A program made the position numbers and the translations under genes. The notes below the pieces were generated by a model. The model searched no databases. It was not told the origin of the DNA and saw nothing but the letters and a program-made list of their open reading frames with translations. 64,000 bases of DNA from Basidiobolus meristosporus CBS 931.73. Lineage: Eukaryota > Fungi > Basidiobolomycota. Positions 1 through 11,000 of this stretch are shown here, piece after piece; positions within the stretch are counted from its first letter, which is position 1; each line of letters begins with the position of its first letter. Where the stretch lies: the NCBI GenBank assembly GCA_002104905.1, contig MCFE01000010.1, positions 186,001 to 250,000 of the forward strand, in the 5' to 3' direction.

Positions 1-2011
1 ACGCTGGCCATTGGTATGGCCACATACACATTTGTAATAAATCTGAGGTTCAAGAAATTGCCATGTAGCATCATGCAAGTATCATCTCGATGGGCCAGTA
101 ATGGGCATGAACCCAACGACGACCTGATTTCATATGTTTGCAGGACCTGCATGTAAGGAGTCGAGCATCTTGGGGATCTTGTCCGATAATCCATGCTTAC
201 TTGGCTGACTGCGCTGTCTCAGAGTCTAGATTACGCAAAGCCAATTGGGTCAGTGAGCTAGCCTCAAATACTTGAAAATACTTGCTGCGTGTGAATGCAA
301 TCGCGTTGGTTTGCTTCTACGAGGCATTAATTGCTTCCTCAAAGCTGCGAGACCGGAACCATATGGGCAATCGGGAAGATGGTCGATTACTCGAGATTTA
401 TCTGCACCTGATTCTCCGTTCCGATACCCTTATTGACCTCCATGAAACAGCAGTGTTTGTACGCAGGTTTCAGGAGCCACAATCAGTCATTACTGATGGC
501 AGATAGATCACCATTTCTGAGGCACGTTGGTAGAGCTCATGCTCCGTTTATGCGAGCACACGTCCTAAACAACAAATCCCATAATTGGACGGGTTGTGCT
601 GATGCCATGTCCCAGTCTACACAAATCTAACCCATAGATGGGCTTATTGGGATTTAATCACTAGAGATGTATACTCGTATTGTACATCATACCACCCTGC
701 CAGATGCCAAATGTGCGGTGCACGTAGCCTGTTTGAGCAGGTCAATACTGGGGCAGCCGTCTCATTCTTAAACAAAGGTTTTGAACCAAACGGACATCAA
801 CAAAGCGGAATCATTTTGAATTGTGAGTGTTTGTTGGTGAGAGGCGGGGAACGGGGCATCGGTGGATCAGGAGGACTAAGCGTGTCCGTGTTTAAGATGG
901 ACTATGATAACAAGGATACCGAGGCCCGCCTGTTCTATGTTCTAACCGCTGAAACTATACGGTTTCGCAAGGTGGTTGAAACGGTGAATGTTATGTCCAA
1001 GAGTTGTATTACAAAATGTCCTACAATCCAGCGAAACATACTGGACGCTTGTCCTTTGTAGAAGAATGTTCTAATGGATTGCTCAATCGGTCGAAATCTG
1101 CCACTGGGGCATATATTGGTGTCAATGTAAACGTAGAAAAAAGGGTTGGTTAGATTGGAGATATTAACTTAATAACGCTTTGATGGAGCATAGTGTACCC
1201 TCAATCTTGTTGAACAATGCATTTAATCTATCCACCAGTTCGTGGGCAAAGATTAGTGTTGTCCTACGCTTCTTACGCGATGCAATAGCGGTGCCAGAGT
1301 GGTGTTGTGATGTTGTTACGTAGCAACCGTTTCCGCTCATTCGCAGATAATATCTGTATTGGTGATACTAAATGTTGATCGGATTGCTTTTTGGGAATAG
1401 CTGCGAACGCCAAGCTGGAAATGACATCAAGCGATTTAAGATTCGCTGGTGGGGAGCTGATGTTGGCTGGATATGTGCGTTAACTAGATAATACAAGCCA
1501 GGGCTTGTAGTTTTTGCTTTGTTGTCAAGTAGCAAACTGAACCATTTTCACCGAAGCTCTTCCAGCTCAAAGAATAAAGCCGTGTAAGTGACGTTCCAGA
1601 GTTTGTATCTGTCGTACTTTCAATGAGAGCTTGCTACAAAGCTCATTTCCACAGGTTACTTAGAGATGAAAAAGGTTGTCAATGACTGGCGACTTATAAG
1701 CATCTCGGAGAAGCGGTTTTTGAGGCTTTTTTAAATATAGTGCTTCGTTCCTCGAAGCTGAGCACGCTACAACCCCTACCCACCTGATTTCTCATCAACT
1801 GGCCCTCGACGACATATTGTAGGCCAATACTAAGATCGTCGTTTGCTTTGCTTCTTAAGGAAACCATTTCAGGTGAGAGACATCCCGACTATTGGCAACA
1901 GAATTAGACCAAATGAACTTTATTTATCACACTGAACATTCTTTTACATTGACTGGATCAATAAACAGAGACTTGTTTTGGCGTTACAAAGTAATGCTGT
2001 GGTAGTGTAAG

Positions 2012-4426
2012 TTAAAAAGTAATAACGGATTCAAGTTTAAAGCCCATCTTCTCGAGATTTGGTATGCACGCCATTTTGAGCATAGGAGGGGGTCCGCACA
2101 ACAGTACAATAGACTTGAAGTCATCTGTAGCAGCCTTAGGAAGATGTTCTTGGCACATTTCCAAATTGACAAAACCAGTCGAGTATTTCCAGTCAGCCGA
2201 TGCTTCCTGTTCAACAGTATACCACACCTTGAATTGCTCTGGATTTCTCTTCGCGAGATTGTCTAACTCCTCACGGAGTAGGATGTCATCTGGAGTACGG
2301 TTGGCAAAGATCAAAGACAATTTGGTATTGTCTTCGGGGTTCCTGAGGACTGATTTGATCACTTGAAGGACTGGGGTAATTCCGCTCCCGCCGGCAATCA
2401 TTCCAATATGCTCTACATGCCCTTTAGCCTTTCCATTATTGACATTGTAGTTGCCATTACCTTCATACACAAAATGGCCAATAGGTCCCTTCACACCAAC
2501 AGTGTCGCCAATCTTTAAGGTGTCCAGGTATTGTGACATCACACCACCCTCGGGGAATCTGGGGTCTGCGTTCTTGTAGTATACCTTGATAACAAGATCA
2601 ACATGGCCCAATTCTTCATCTAACGAATTGGGTGTATAGGCGCGCACGACCTCCTCACCATTGATGTTCGCCCTTAAATAGACGTGCTTCCCAACAGGGA
2701 GACCCAGGCGATGCTGAGAGCTGGGCAGTTTGAAACGCAACAAGATGGTGTTGTGGTTAAGTTGGATCTTCTCTACCAATGAGAATTGACGATATTCCCT
2801 CGTGGAGAGGGCAACTGCGCTATCAATTTCATTTTGGGGAACATGCACCTGCTCGATATCACCATTCAATTCTCCAAGGTAGTACTTCTCCAAAATGTTG
2901 TGAGCATTGGTGGAGTGAACCGGCATAAAGTCCTCGGTACAATCCAAACCCCCGTTGAGGATAATACTATCAGCCCCCCCTGGATGTTCTTTGATGAAGT
3001 CGGTCACGTCATAGACTCGCTTGTTGACAACCACCCAACAGTCGTTGGGCTGATTGTGCCTGCCCACCTCCGCTGGAGTGTAGGACTTGTCACTCTTGGC
3101 CCGTTCGACCGTTGGAGCCACGGATTCCTGACTACCGTACTGCTTCACCATCCAACCTTCTTTCTCGCTAATACATGGGTGCTCAAAGCGATAAACCATT
3201 TGGTTGTCGGAATTTTCCTCGAGATTGACCTTCAATCTGAAGTAGCAATTATTCATCTGTCCAAGAAGATTCCAGGTGATGTTGACAGGTTGAGTATTGA
3301 GTGTAGAGTCCCAGGCACGAACAATGATCTCTTCACATCTGAGTAACTTGTGTAACGGGAGCTCATAGGACCACAAAGCCCATGCCCAATATCTCTTGCT
3401 GATGGGGGAGGGGGTTTGTTGTTCAATATTGGCTAGGATCCATGATTTTCCATCGTTCAGAGACAGCTCAACACGAGTGATCTTGCTTCCGTTACCAGTC
3501 ATGGCATAGCCGCGGAACTTGTAGCTAACTTGGGAAACAGGAACCACCTCATCATGCTCAGGGTATGCGAAGGCAGAGTTGATGTTGATGGGGTTGATAA
3601 TGTAATTGGGGTTCTGCCACCAGTTGTCTCTAACGGATTCTTCATATTCAAGATGGGATGGAACAACACGGTTATCGTAGATATGATACCAATTGTCTGA
3701 TTCAACCTTAGAGACGAAGATCTTCTTGACCCACTTGACCATTCGACCACCGATAAATCCAGGGATGAGAAGCCTGATGGGATATCCGTGATCAGGTGAG
3801 AGTGGCACTCCATTCATCTCGTATGACATGAGAACCTCATTGTACTCATCCATGGCGTATCTGTAACTGATGCTGGTGGCGTAAAGGCCATTGGGAAGCA
3901 TCTCGACACCTTCGAAATGTACGTGCCAATCGTCCTCCTCCTCAGTGGGGACCTGGACTCCGCAGGCAAGTAGCAAATCTCTAAGCATGAGGCCACCAAA
4001 GATAGAGGTGGAGACACCAGCAGAACCCCAACTGAAACCCTTAGATTGCTTAACAAGATTGACCTCTCTACGACGGTGACCGGCACAAGGGAAGGTTACT
4101 GGAAATTGCCTCTTGGGGAACGCGGCTAGTTCATCCATGGTGAAGGTTCGGGGATTGTCTACCAGGCCTGTAACCTCCAAGGTGTGGGTATCCCATTCAA
4201 GCTTTGGAACATGGCCGTGGTTACGCACGTAGAAAGTAGCATTAGAGGTGATGTACCCTTCGTCGTATAAATTGGTTGGTGTGGGCTCGCCATTGAAAGG
4301 ATGCTTTCCGGTAAGTCGAATTAACTCGGGATTTCTCTTGATCCAGTTGTCTGGGGTTTTCTCATCACGCTCGTCGAAGATTAGCTGGTCGTCAGCAGGG
4401 AATGTTGGGAAATTCTTGTAAATCAT
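2012..4426 (-). CDS. niaD: Eukaryotic assimilatory nitrate reductase (Moco - dimerisation - cytochrome b5 - FAD/NAD(P)H domains), single exon, 804 aa
   Basis: RLTGKHPFNGEP, FYVRNHG, Moco Cys in PCAGHRRRE, DHGYPIRLLIPGFIGGRMVKW, cyt b5 HPGG, RAYTP, GGSGITP and CGPPPM motifs in the canonical NR order; one uninterrupted ORF. Confidence 0.96.
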   Translation of the reverse strand: MIYKNFPTFPADDQLIFDERDEKTPDNWIKRNPELIRLTGKHPFNGEPTPTNLYDEGYITSNATFYVRNHGHVPKLEWDTHTLEVTGLVDNPRTFTMDELAAFPKRQFPVTFPCAGHRRREVNLVKQSKGFSWGSAGVSTSIFGGLMLRDLLLACGVQVPTEEEDDWHVHFEGVEMLPNGLYATSISYRYAMDEYNEVLMSYEMNGVPLSPDHGYPIRLLIPGFIGGRMVKWVKKIFVSKVESDNWYHIYDNRVVPSHLEYEESVRDNWWQNPNYIINPININSAFAYPEHDEVVPVSQVSYKFRGYAMTGNGSKITRVELSLNDGKSWILANIEQQTPSPISKRYWAWALWSYELPLHKLLRCEEIIVRAWDSTLNTQPVNITWNLLGQMNNCYFRLKVNLEENSDNQMVYRFEHPCISEKEGWMVKQYGSQESVAPTVERAKSDKSYTPAEVGRHNQPNDCWVVVNKRVYDVTDFIKEHPGGADSIILNGGLDCTEDFMPVHSTNAHNILEKYYLGELNGDIEQVHVPQNEIDSAVALSTREYRQFSLVEKIQLNHNTILLRFKLPSSQHRLGLPVGKHVYLRANINGEEVVRAYTPNSLDEELGHVDLVIKVYYKNADPRFPEGGVMSQYLDTLKIGDTVGVKGPIGHFVYEGNGNYNVNNGKAKGHVEHIGMIAGGSGITPVLQVIKSVLRNPEDNTKLSLIFANRTPDDILLREELDNLAKRNPEQFKVWYTVEQEASADWKYSTGFVNLEMCQEHLPKAATDDFKSIVLLCGPPPMLKMACIPNLEKMGFKLESVITF

Positions 4427-5326
4427 AATATGATTCCAGAAACAATTACTCCAGCAGTAGAAATAAAGACCAGTTGACGGGCAAGTACCACTTATAAGTA
4501 CTGTGGCAAGGTTCAGAATCCTTTATCCGAGCTCTGCCCATCAAGTGTATATCCATGCTTGACCACACAAGGTCTATCCGTGCTAGGCTCAACCATGTTG
4601 AAGGATTTCCAGCGTCCCAATGGATTCCTCCTGCCACTAGTTCTACAAGAAGTAGGGTGTCTTGAAGTGAGGTGCAAATCCTAGTCTAGACATTCCTTAA
4701 CCAAATATGGCACACCTAGCTATTGTTTATCCACTCAACCCCTCGAAACAATCCTCAATTCCTAGAATTAGCTGAAGTAAGCTTTTTGGTTAATCACTGG
4801 AACCTCTATTATGCACCTTCGGTGAACTCTGGGTATTAGACCTGACTAATTTGATGAGAAGGGATAGGAATTAGGTTCTCTCGGGATGGCTTTGGACATA
4901 CTACCAACTTTGAAGCGACCACTGACTAAAGTGGGTGTTTGGTTGAACTAATATTCCTTTTCCAATTAGGCCTTGATTCAAGCTTTTGTGGGAAGAATAA
5001 CCAGTCATCGTCCAGACGATAGTTGGCTTACTTTGGAAACTGCATAATCAACAACCCTCGTGAAAATTCAGTTCAGTCCAGAGGAATCACCCAAAATCCA
5101 ACGACTAAACAGTTTTAATATCAAATCATGTTCGTAAATGGCAATGGCCGAGTTGTTTAAACATATTATTGGAATCCTGGGTAAACCATAAGATGGCCAT
5201 GTCTTGAGTAGGAGTTGCACTTGAAAGGTTGAGTACTGTCCAAGCGAGATAAGATGTGTATGGAAAAGCGCTCCGTTGGTGCGTTGTGTTATGCACAGCA
5301 GAAATAGCGAACTTCGGATACACAAA

Positions 5327-5473
5327 TGTCAGGGATAGGCTCCCAGATATATTCCAGACGTGTGCTAATTTGGTAACGGATTCGCATTTATCAATCATAT
5401 ACGTGCGAGTCGCGTGCAAGATACGGGGTGTTGCAGGTGAATACCAGCTATCATCGTTTGCATGGGCTTGACA
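5327..5473. mobile_element. Possible short solo-LTR-like fragment
   Basis: 147-bp segment bounded by inverted TGTCA...TGACA ends; no target-site duplication and no second copy in the window. Confidence 0.25.
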
Positions 5474-5637
5474 GCATTAACTATGCTTATGGTTAGCAAC
5501 GGTTTGCTGTTTATTTATTGAACCCAAAGTATAATACTTTCGAAATTACAAAACCAACCAGCCAATCCTAGTTGGCGGCAGGAAAGTAGGACGCCTACTT
5601 GATGTGCCTTCATATGGCGAGTTGAAGTTGTGCCAAA

Positions 5638-6189
5638 TTAAGATCTAGGCTTCTCCTTCTTTTCCTTGTAAAGAGCAAGAAGAGAAACACCGGAGACTTT
5701 AACGACCTTGAAACGAACACCGGGGATATCACCAACGGCACGACCTTTACGACCGAAACCAGAGATGAGAACTTCATCGTTCTCCTCAACAAAGTTCAAA
5801 CAACCATCATTGGGGACGAAAGCGGTGATCTTCTTTCCGTTCTTGATAAGCTGAACACGGACACACTTACGAATAGCAGAGTTAGGCTGCTTTGCTTCGA
5901 CACCAATCTTTTCCAAGACGATTCCCTTAGCGTGAGAGGAACCACCGAAGGGTGATGATTTGAAAGCGGTACCGAGAGCGCGCTTTTTGTACTGTTTGTC
6001 GGCCCAGCGTTCCTCACGACGATGGTTACGAAGCTTACGGGCTGCTTGAAGACCTCTAGGCTTACCCTTACCTACAAAGGTAGGAAACGAATTAACAGAA
6101 ATGCTTGGAAATGAATTGTCGCATCCCTGAATCCAGCCAGTCCATCCATTACAATTCACTTAATCCATCTTATTACAGCACCTACCCAT
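5638..6189 (-). CDS. RPS23: 40S ribosomal protein S23 (uS12), 2 exons (6189-6186, 6071-5638), 145 aa
   Basis: ATGG|gtagg...ttgtag|GTAAG splice gives MGKGKPRGL...; [21 protein letters not shown] and [13 protein letters not shown] are uS12 signatures. Confidence 0.97.
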
Positions 6190-6275
6190 TTAGGAAATTT
6201 GCTGTCTAACGGTAGAAAGAGAGGGAACCTTCACGGCGGTAGAGATGTATTTTTCTATATGCCTCAAGCAAATCG

Positions 6276-6324
6276 ATCACGTGATGTACATTGGATCAAC
6301 AATCCTCAATCAACCTAGCCCTAA
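6276..6324. promoter_or_regulatory. RPS23 promoter motifs: palindromic E-box ATCACGTGAT (6276-6285) and TTAGGGCTA (minus strand, 6316-6324)
   Basis: Both motifs read directly, ~90 and ~130 bp upstream of the RPS23 ATG; they match the Cbf1 and Tbf1 sites known from Candida albicans ribosomal-protein promoters. Confidence 0.5.
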
Positions 6325-6739
6325 CGTAAATGTAATCTAGTTATTCAATATTAGATCAGATTGGCAAAGCAACAGTGCTCGCTGACTGACCACACATGCA
6401 CTCATTTCTTGTTCAGAATTCAGACACACATATGACAAATGGTCAAATCAACCAATTTGTGATTGAGGTGGGAACACTTACCAGGAACAGGTTGAAGCTA
6501 CATTGTCTGAATAATCCTGAAAAACGGATAAGCCCAAGACTTCGGACCTAAATGGTAGAGAGGGTTAGTCACCTGAAGCTGCGAGGGATATCTGGCAAAA
6601 AAACTCTCAATGGGCCCTTCCTAGAAACGGCTTCCCTTTCTTTATCCATATTAGACAGAGATTTTTTCTGGGGACTGATTGAATGTCAGGTGGGATATAT
6701 TAGTTGTCTCTGGGGGAGATAGCACATTCCATCACATTG

Positions 6740-7058
6740 CCCTATAAAAAATCTCAAACTTGGAATTCATTAGATTTTTAGCTAGTATTCAACTGAAATT
6801 CTAATGGTATTTTGCTGGTTTTCAGTTGGTGTTTTTCCTTCAAATTTTCAGTAGCAATTTTTGCTGGAAGTAGTAAGCAGCTGACTACCAAATTTGGTAT
6901 GAGTACAAGTTGGCCTAGTCTCCTCCTAGAAGATATGTCAGCCTGTCTGTTCAACAGCTGATACCTGAGATGATGCAAGTTGTCAATCTTGAGAAACTTG
7001 AAGCTCAGCTGATATTATGAGGGTATTGTACTGGCCTTCCCTTAATTCTTTTCTTAGG
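6740..7058 (+). mobile_element. MITE-like repeat family A, copy 1
   Basis: ~320-bp element (CCCTA(T/A).AAAAA ... TTTTCTTAGG imperfect inverted ends) clearly similar to 56132-56448 (+) and 19877-20195 (-); no coding capacity. Confidence 0.7.
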
Positions 7059-7144
7059 AATTGGCAGTGTATAATAGTCGAGACTTGAGCAATCAAGTCC
7101 CAAGTAAGCCTGATAATATGATAGTCAAGCCTAACTTCTGCTCA

Positions 7145-7482
7145 AAAAGTTTGTAATTTCATCTAGATACTAACCTAACTTAGTCACTTGGATCATTACC
7201 TACAAACTCTAGAGAACACTGACCAAATTCCTTATCAGAACTTATTTCAAATACTTTCTACAAATATCTGGTACCCAGAAGATGAATATTCTCAAAGTTG
7301 TCCAAACAGCTGCAAACCTTGTACACTTGTTCTTGGGACCTTTCTTAACCTATTCTACATGCTTGTCATGCCAAGACCATTTAAAAGTATAAATACCTAT
7401 ATTACATTCAATAAATCATTAAGCAAAAGCAACATGATCTACATGTTCTCCCAATCACCTCCAATATCTAAAAGACCCTTAC
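7145..7482 (+). repeat. Solo LTR, family B (copia-associated), degenerate
   Basis: Shares ACCTAACTTAGTCACTT.GATC...CCAAATTCCTT...CTTGGGACCTT...TTCTCCCAATCAC blocks with 12594-12931. Confidence 0.75.
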
Positions 7483-7576
7483 AGCTGGCTATGAGCCCCA
7501 AGCTGTCACTCTCTGCAATGTCTATTACTGCTGTTACTGGAATTTTCCTGCCACTCAAAAGTTGGATGCATCTAAC

Positions 7577-7905
7577 TGTTGCAATATTCTGAGGAGTATT
7601 GGAAGTGATGTGGAGAACTAGAAGATGTACATGTTGTTCACTTGTTGATTTACTGAGCAAAAGTATGGTATCTATACTTTTGATAAAGTAGAGAAAAAAA
7701 GATGGTATAACTTGCTAAGGAAGGTCCTAACAGTATGTGTGCAAAGTTTGGGTTTTTTGAACAAACTTGAGAAAGGTCATAATCTGGGGACCTGATAAAT
7801 TGGTGAAAATATTCAAAGTAAATCCCAACAAGCAATTTAGTCAGGATAGAATGCTAATCCAAGAATAAGATCTATGTGACCAAGTTGGCATGACTACTTA
7901 GGTTT
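7577..7905 (-). repeat. Solo LTR, family B, degenerate
   Basis: Reverse-complement similarity to 12594-12931; ends in ...ATATTGCAACA on the minus strand at 7577. Confidence 0.7.
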
Positions 7906-8059
7906 CAATCTAATATTAAAACACTCTTACTCAATAAAATAATCATAGTAATATTTACATACTGAGAGTGTACATTGGTAATGAAGCATATAATATCTAA
8001 CTATGTTGAATACTGGACTGATATTTATCTAATGGTGTATGCACTTGTGTTGAATTTAA

Positions 8060-11000
8060 TTGAACAAAACTTTGAGAATTTTCATGTTGTCAGTACCTGG
8101 TATTTTGGTGAAAATATTCCAAGTAAATCCCAACAAGGAATTTGGTCAGTATTCTCTAGGATATGAAGGTAGTGATCTAAGTGACTAAGTTAGGTGAATA
8201 CTTAAGTGGAATTCCAAATTTTTACAACACTCCCACTCAGCCAAATGTTCATACTGACTAGTCCTAATTTTGACCTAAGATATTCAAACTTGTCTCTAGC
8301 TAATGGTTTGGTAAATATGTCTGCAATCATTTCATCTGAAGGACAGTAAACTAAGCTAACTAAGTTATTCTCTATAGCTTCACATATGAAATGATGTCTA
8401 ATATCTATGTGCTTAGTTCTAGTATGAAAAGTTGGATTTCTACCTAATTGTATACATCCTTGATTATCTTGAAATAAAGTAATAGGCATTTTTTGACATA
8501 GGCCTAAATCTGTAAAAAGCTTTCTTAACCACATTGCTTTTTGTGTAGCTTCACAGGCTGCCATATACTCTGCCTCTGTTGTAGAAAGTGCCATGGTTGG
8601 TTGCTTTCTTGAATTCCATGAAATTGCTCCTTGACAGTAGAGAAAGGTGTATCCTGAGGTGGAACTTCTGTCTTCCAGATTTTGTCCCCAATCAGCATCA
8701 GAGTATCCCACAAGATCCTGTTCTGAATCCTTATATGTGTATCTTAAGCTGATATCAGCAGTTCCTTTTAGGTATCTAAAAATCCACTTAACTGCTGCAA
8801 TTTGATCAGATCCATAGTTCTGATTATGTTGGCTGACAACTCCCACTGAATATGAGATATCTAGACATGTTCCAAGCATATTATTCATCAGACTACCAAC
8901 TATAGATTGATAAGGAAAGTCAGGGCTTTCAGATGGCACCAAGCTCTCTTGATTTGATTGAGTTTTGACCAAGTTAAGGTTTGTCTCCGTTGGGGTAGCT
9001 GCCAGTTTACAGTCTTCCATTTAGTACTTCTTTAGTATATCTTGAATACACTTGGATTGGCTTAGGGTGATAGTCTGGGTACTTCTGTCTATGGAGAACT
9101 TAATCCCTAAGTAGTAACTAAGTTCCTGTAGATTGGACATCTTGAACTCCTTAGATAGGCTGGATTTAGTCACTTCCAATGTTTCTAGGTTATTGGTGGC
9201 TATAATAAGATCATCCACATATAGAGCTAATAGAACTGGATTTGCTCTTTCTGGCTTATAGTATATACTATAGTCAGCATTACTTCTTTTGAAACTCAAG
9301 GATTCCAAATAAGAATCTATCTTGCAATTCCAGGCTCTTGGTGATTGTTTGAGACCATATAGTGACTTTTTAAGCTTGCAGACCAAATGGGGGTTATCTT
9401 GGTCAACAAACCCATCAGGCTGGTCCATATACACGTCCTCATCAAGTTCTCCATTCAAAAATGCAGTTTTTACATCCATTTGATGAATAAAAAACTTATA
9501 TTTTGCTGCAATAGCCAAAATTAATCTGATGGAATTAAACTTGGCTACTGGTGCAAAGGTCTCAGTATAGTCAAGTCCTTTTGTTTCAGAGTATCCTTTG
9601 GCTACAAGTCTTGCCTTGTATCTCTCAATTGTACCATCAGCCTTGTATTTTGTCTTGAAGACCCATCTGCATCCAATTGATTTTTGGTTGATTGGTAATT
9701 TGACTAAGTCCCAAGTTTGATTTTCCATTAGGGCCTGATATTCCTCAGTCATTGCAGATCTCCAAAACTTTGTCTGAGGGCTATTTAGGGCCTCTTTACA
9801 GTCTGGGGTTCATCAATATGGACTGAATAGGCATAGGCTAAGTTTGTACCCTCATTGATCTAGTAATTTGGGCTATTTCTTGTCCAATTGGATCTCCGGG
9901 CATTTGATACTGGAATGATCACTTCTGGGATATTCCTGGGCACTGATTCTGGCTGAACCACGGTTGTAGAGTCCTCTGGAGTAAAAAATTCTCATTGTTT
10001 TGCTCTGATTCAATCCTGACAATTGGTGGACTTGAGATCAAATTTTTGTCATCCTCTGATGTCATTTTTTGTGATAATTTTGAATTTTCATCAAACAACA
10101 CATCCCTGGACTTGATCAGCTTCTTTGCTTTAGTATTGTAGAGTCTGTATGCCTTACTCTCATTGCAGTAGCCCAAAAATATGCATTTTACACTTTATGG
10201 CTCAAATTTTGACTGATTTCCAGCCAGTTTTTTGGCATATGCTGTACACCCAAATATTCTTAGATGTTCTGCACTTGGTCTGTATCCATACCATGCTTCA
10301 AATGGAGTAGAATCACAAAGTATTCTGTTATAACTCCTATTTTTAAGATATACAGCAGTGGCAACTGATTCCGCCCAAAAATCATAGGATAATTTTTGAT
10401 CATGGATCATAGATCTTGCCATATCAATTATTGATCTGTTAGCTTGTTCTGCTACTCCATTTTGCTGTGGGGAGTATGGTACAGTAGTCTCTTGCTTTAT
10501 CCCATGAATTTTGCAGAAGTGGATGAAGAGCTCCAAGGTATATTCTCCACCATTGTCAGAGTGTATTTTCTTGATTTTTTCACCAGTTTCTCTCTCCACC
10601 ATGGCTTTAAACTCCCTGAACTTAGACAGAGCTTCTTCCTTTCTCTCCATGAAGTAGACCCATGTGTATCTTGTATAATCATCAATAAAAGTGATTAAAT
10701 ACTTCATCCTGCCTTAGGATAAATTTTGCATAGGTCCACACAGATCTGAGTGAGTTAGTTCTAATTTTTTCTTAGTTTTGGTCAACCCAGAGCTCTTGAA
10801 CAGTTGTATGGCTTTTTCCCAATATATGCAGGCTTCACAGGGCTCCAAATTAGCTGGGTGATCAATTTTTACTCCAGAAATTAGCTGATCTTTGATCATT
10901 TTGGCAAATAATCAAAATTGATGTGCCCAAATCTCCTGTGCCAAAGCATTGGTGTTTCTTCATTTAAGTTACTTATATTGGCTTCCAAATATGATGGAAT

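Noticed and set aside
1-1950. Scattered ORF fragments 3' of the nitrate reductase as a nitrite reductase or transporter
   Set aside because: No Fe-S, siroheme or MFS motifs in any frame; the fragments could not be joined into a credible gene.
3030-3090. Plant-type 14-3-3 phosphosite in NR hinge 1 (RAKSDK)
   Set aside because: Lacks the R/K-x-x-pS-x-P context of plant LKKSVSTP; too weak.
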